Shown here in pieces: positions 62,758 to 64,000 of a DNA stretch of 64,000 nucleotides; position 1 is the stretch's first letter; every line of letters begins with the position of its first letter. The notes beneath the pieces were generated by a model, which worked only from the letters and a program-made list of their open reading frames with translations, had not been told where the DNA came from and searched no databases. This DNA comes from Escherichia coli (GTDB lineage: Bacteria > Pseudomonadota > Gammaproteobacteria > Enterobacterales > Enterobacteriaceae): the NCBI RefSeq assembly GCF_050920415.1, contig NZ_CP169309.1. The stretch is one strand, 5' to 3'. Position numbers and translations under genes: made by a program.

Positions 62758-64000
62758 TGTGCGCCTCCGGTTGCCCAAATCACGCTACCGGCAAGCCAGG
62801 CGCTACAGGGCGTCAGCTGCTGACCATCCCATTCCCCCATTAGCATAAACGGCGCGCCGCCGCTGGCCGCCAGTAACCGCCAACCCTCGTCCGACGACAG
62901 GTGCGTCGGTAAGTGCTGGCCCTGTGTCGAGACGAATCGCCAGCCGCTCTCGTGCGGGTAAATCAATATTTCGCTTACTCGCAGCGGCAGAGGCCATTGC
63001 CAGGGATTCGCGCTAAGCCGCTGCGCCATGTCATGCAGCGCGTCCGGGAGGGGTAATTCTGCAAGCGGGAATCTTTCACCGCGGGTAAACGGCTCCACAA
63101 TCCGCGCCCGTAGCGGTGATGCGCCAGGGAAAAAGGCAAGCGCGCCCTGGCAGACTTGCCCGGTGATAAAGTGCTGGGGAAAGTTTTTACCACCGTGTGA
63201 ATAGTCCAGCAGTAGCGCGGTGCGGTGGCTCTTTTCTCCGTACAGCCAGACCCGGCGTCGCCACAGATTATTCTCTTCTTGCGCGCTTTGGCCTAAGACC
63301 TGCCAGTTATCAAGGCAGGTTAGTCCGTCAGCGATGTCATGTTTATCCGGGGTTATTCCCAATGCTGCATGGAGATCGCTAAGTTGTGCCGGGGATAACA
63401 TTTGTTGCTGGCGCCAGGCGTCAATAATCAGCTGTAGCTGCCCCAGTTCTTTGCACAGGCTCGATGGCCATACCTCGGCGGTAGTAAAAAGAGTGGTCAG
63501 ATTGTTCAGGCGAGCGGCAATTCCCGGTAGTTGAGCGTCGACCATGCGGGCGGCGATCCCGGCAAAAGGCAACTGTTGTGCAGAGATCTGCGCCAGACCG
63601 TGGCGGATCAGGTCGTGCATCCACTGTTCGAGGAAATCCAGCCCCGCCGTCATTTTTTGGTTGCGTGCCGCTTCCCGTTTGGCGGCAGCCTGCGGGTCGG
63701 CAGCTTTTGCCTCAGCCTGCTCTTTCTTTTCTTCTTTGCGAACCGCTCGCTGCTGGCGCGAGGTTAGCCACTCGCTTACCCATTCCGGCGGCTCGCCAGC
63801 GGTGAAACTTGCGGTGTGTTGCACCTGGAGCAAAAGCAACGCAAGGCTATGTTTACAGGGGAATTTACGGCTGGGGCAGGAACATTTACAGGCCAGATCC
63901 TGCCTGTCGACCCGTACCTGATAAGGGCGGGAGCCGCTGCCTTTACATTCTCCCCAGAACGCGGTCTCGCTATATCCCAGCGTCGGCCATTTTGCGGGGG
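62754..64000 (-). CDS. SWIM zinc-finger domain protein, 5'-truncated by the window edge; first visible gene of operon
   Basis: Hand translation upstream of the track ORF gives ...GECKGSGSRPYQVRVDRQDLACKCSCPSRKFPCKHSLALLLLQVQ..., a CxC-x(n)-CxH SWIM signature; no stop codon before position 64000, and the track ORF start is a TTG. Confidence 0.8.
   Translation of the reverse strand, partial: PAKWPTLGYSETAFWGECKGSGSRPYQVRVDRQDLACKCSCPSRKFPCKHSLALLLLQVQHTASFTAGEPPEWVSEWLTSRQQRAVRKEEKKEQAEAKAADPQAAAKREAARNQKMTAGLDFLEQWMHDLIRHGLAQISAQQLPFAGIAARMVDAQLPGIAARLNNLTTLFTTAEVWPSSLCKELGQLQLIIDAWRQQQMLSPAQLSDLHAALGITPDKHDIADGLTCLDNWQVLGQSAQEENNLWRRRVWLYGEKSHRTALLLDYSHGGKNFPQHFITGQVCQGALAFFPGASPLRARIVEPFTRGERFPLAELPLPDALHDMAQRLSANPWQWPLPLRVSEILIYPHESGWRFVSTQGQHLPTHLSSDEGWRLLAASGGAPFMLMGEWDGQQLTPCSAWLAGSVIWATGGAQ

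Overview
This window reads as an Escherichia coli chromosomal segment in reverse orientation relative to K-12 numbering, by recognition of protein sequences and gene order. It runs from the distal end of an rrnD-type rRNA operon (23S 3' end, 5S, tRNA-Thr, second 5S, terminators) through yhdZYXW, yhdV, acrEF/acrS, yhdU, yhdJ, fis-dusB, prmA, panF, yhdT, accBC, acuI, csrD, mreBCD, yhdE, rng, yhdP, tldD, aaeRXAB, yhcO, yhcN, argR, mdh, degSQ, zapG, zapE, rplM-rpsI, sspAB, dcuD, nanR, nanATEK-yhcH and yhcG. Almost all of this is ordinary, gene-dense core genome with expected protein lengths. Three things stand out. (1) The last ~7.4 kb (56.6-64.0 kb) does not contain the yhcF/yhcE/yhcD/yhcA genes I expect after yhcG in K-12. 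Instead it holds a tightly coupled five-gene minus-strand operon: SWIM zinc-finger protein (5' end outside the window), a ~534-aa unknown protein, a MoxR-like AAA+ ATPase, a 749-aa unknown protein and a vWA protein. I know of no experimentally established function for this operon, and it is the best candidate for an undescribed system. (2) aaeB is split into two frames, consistent with an ~11-bp deletion. (3) yhcG contains three in-frame tandem DNA palindromes, with a fourth copy just downstream. No CRISPR array, IS element, transposase or integrase was found. All coordinates were read by eye from the supplied sequence and ORF track; no searches or computations were run.
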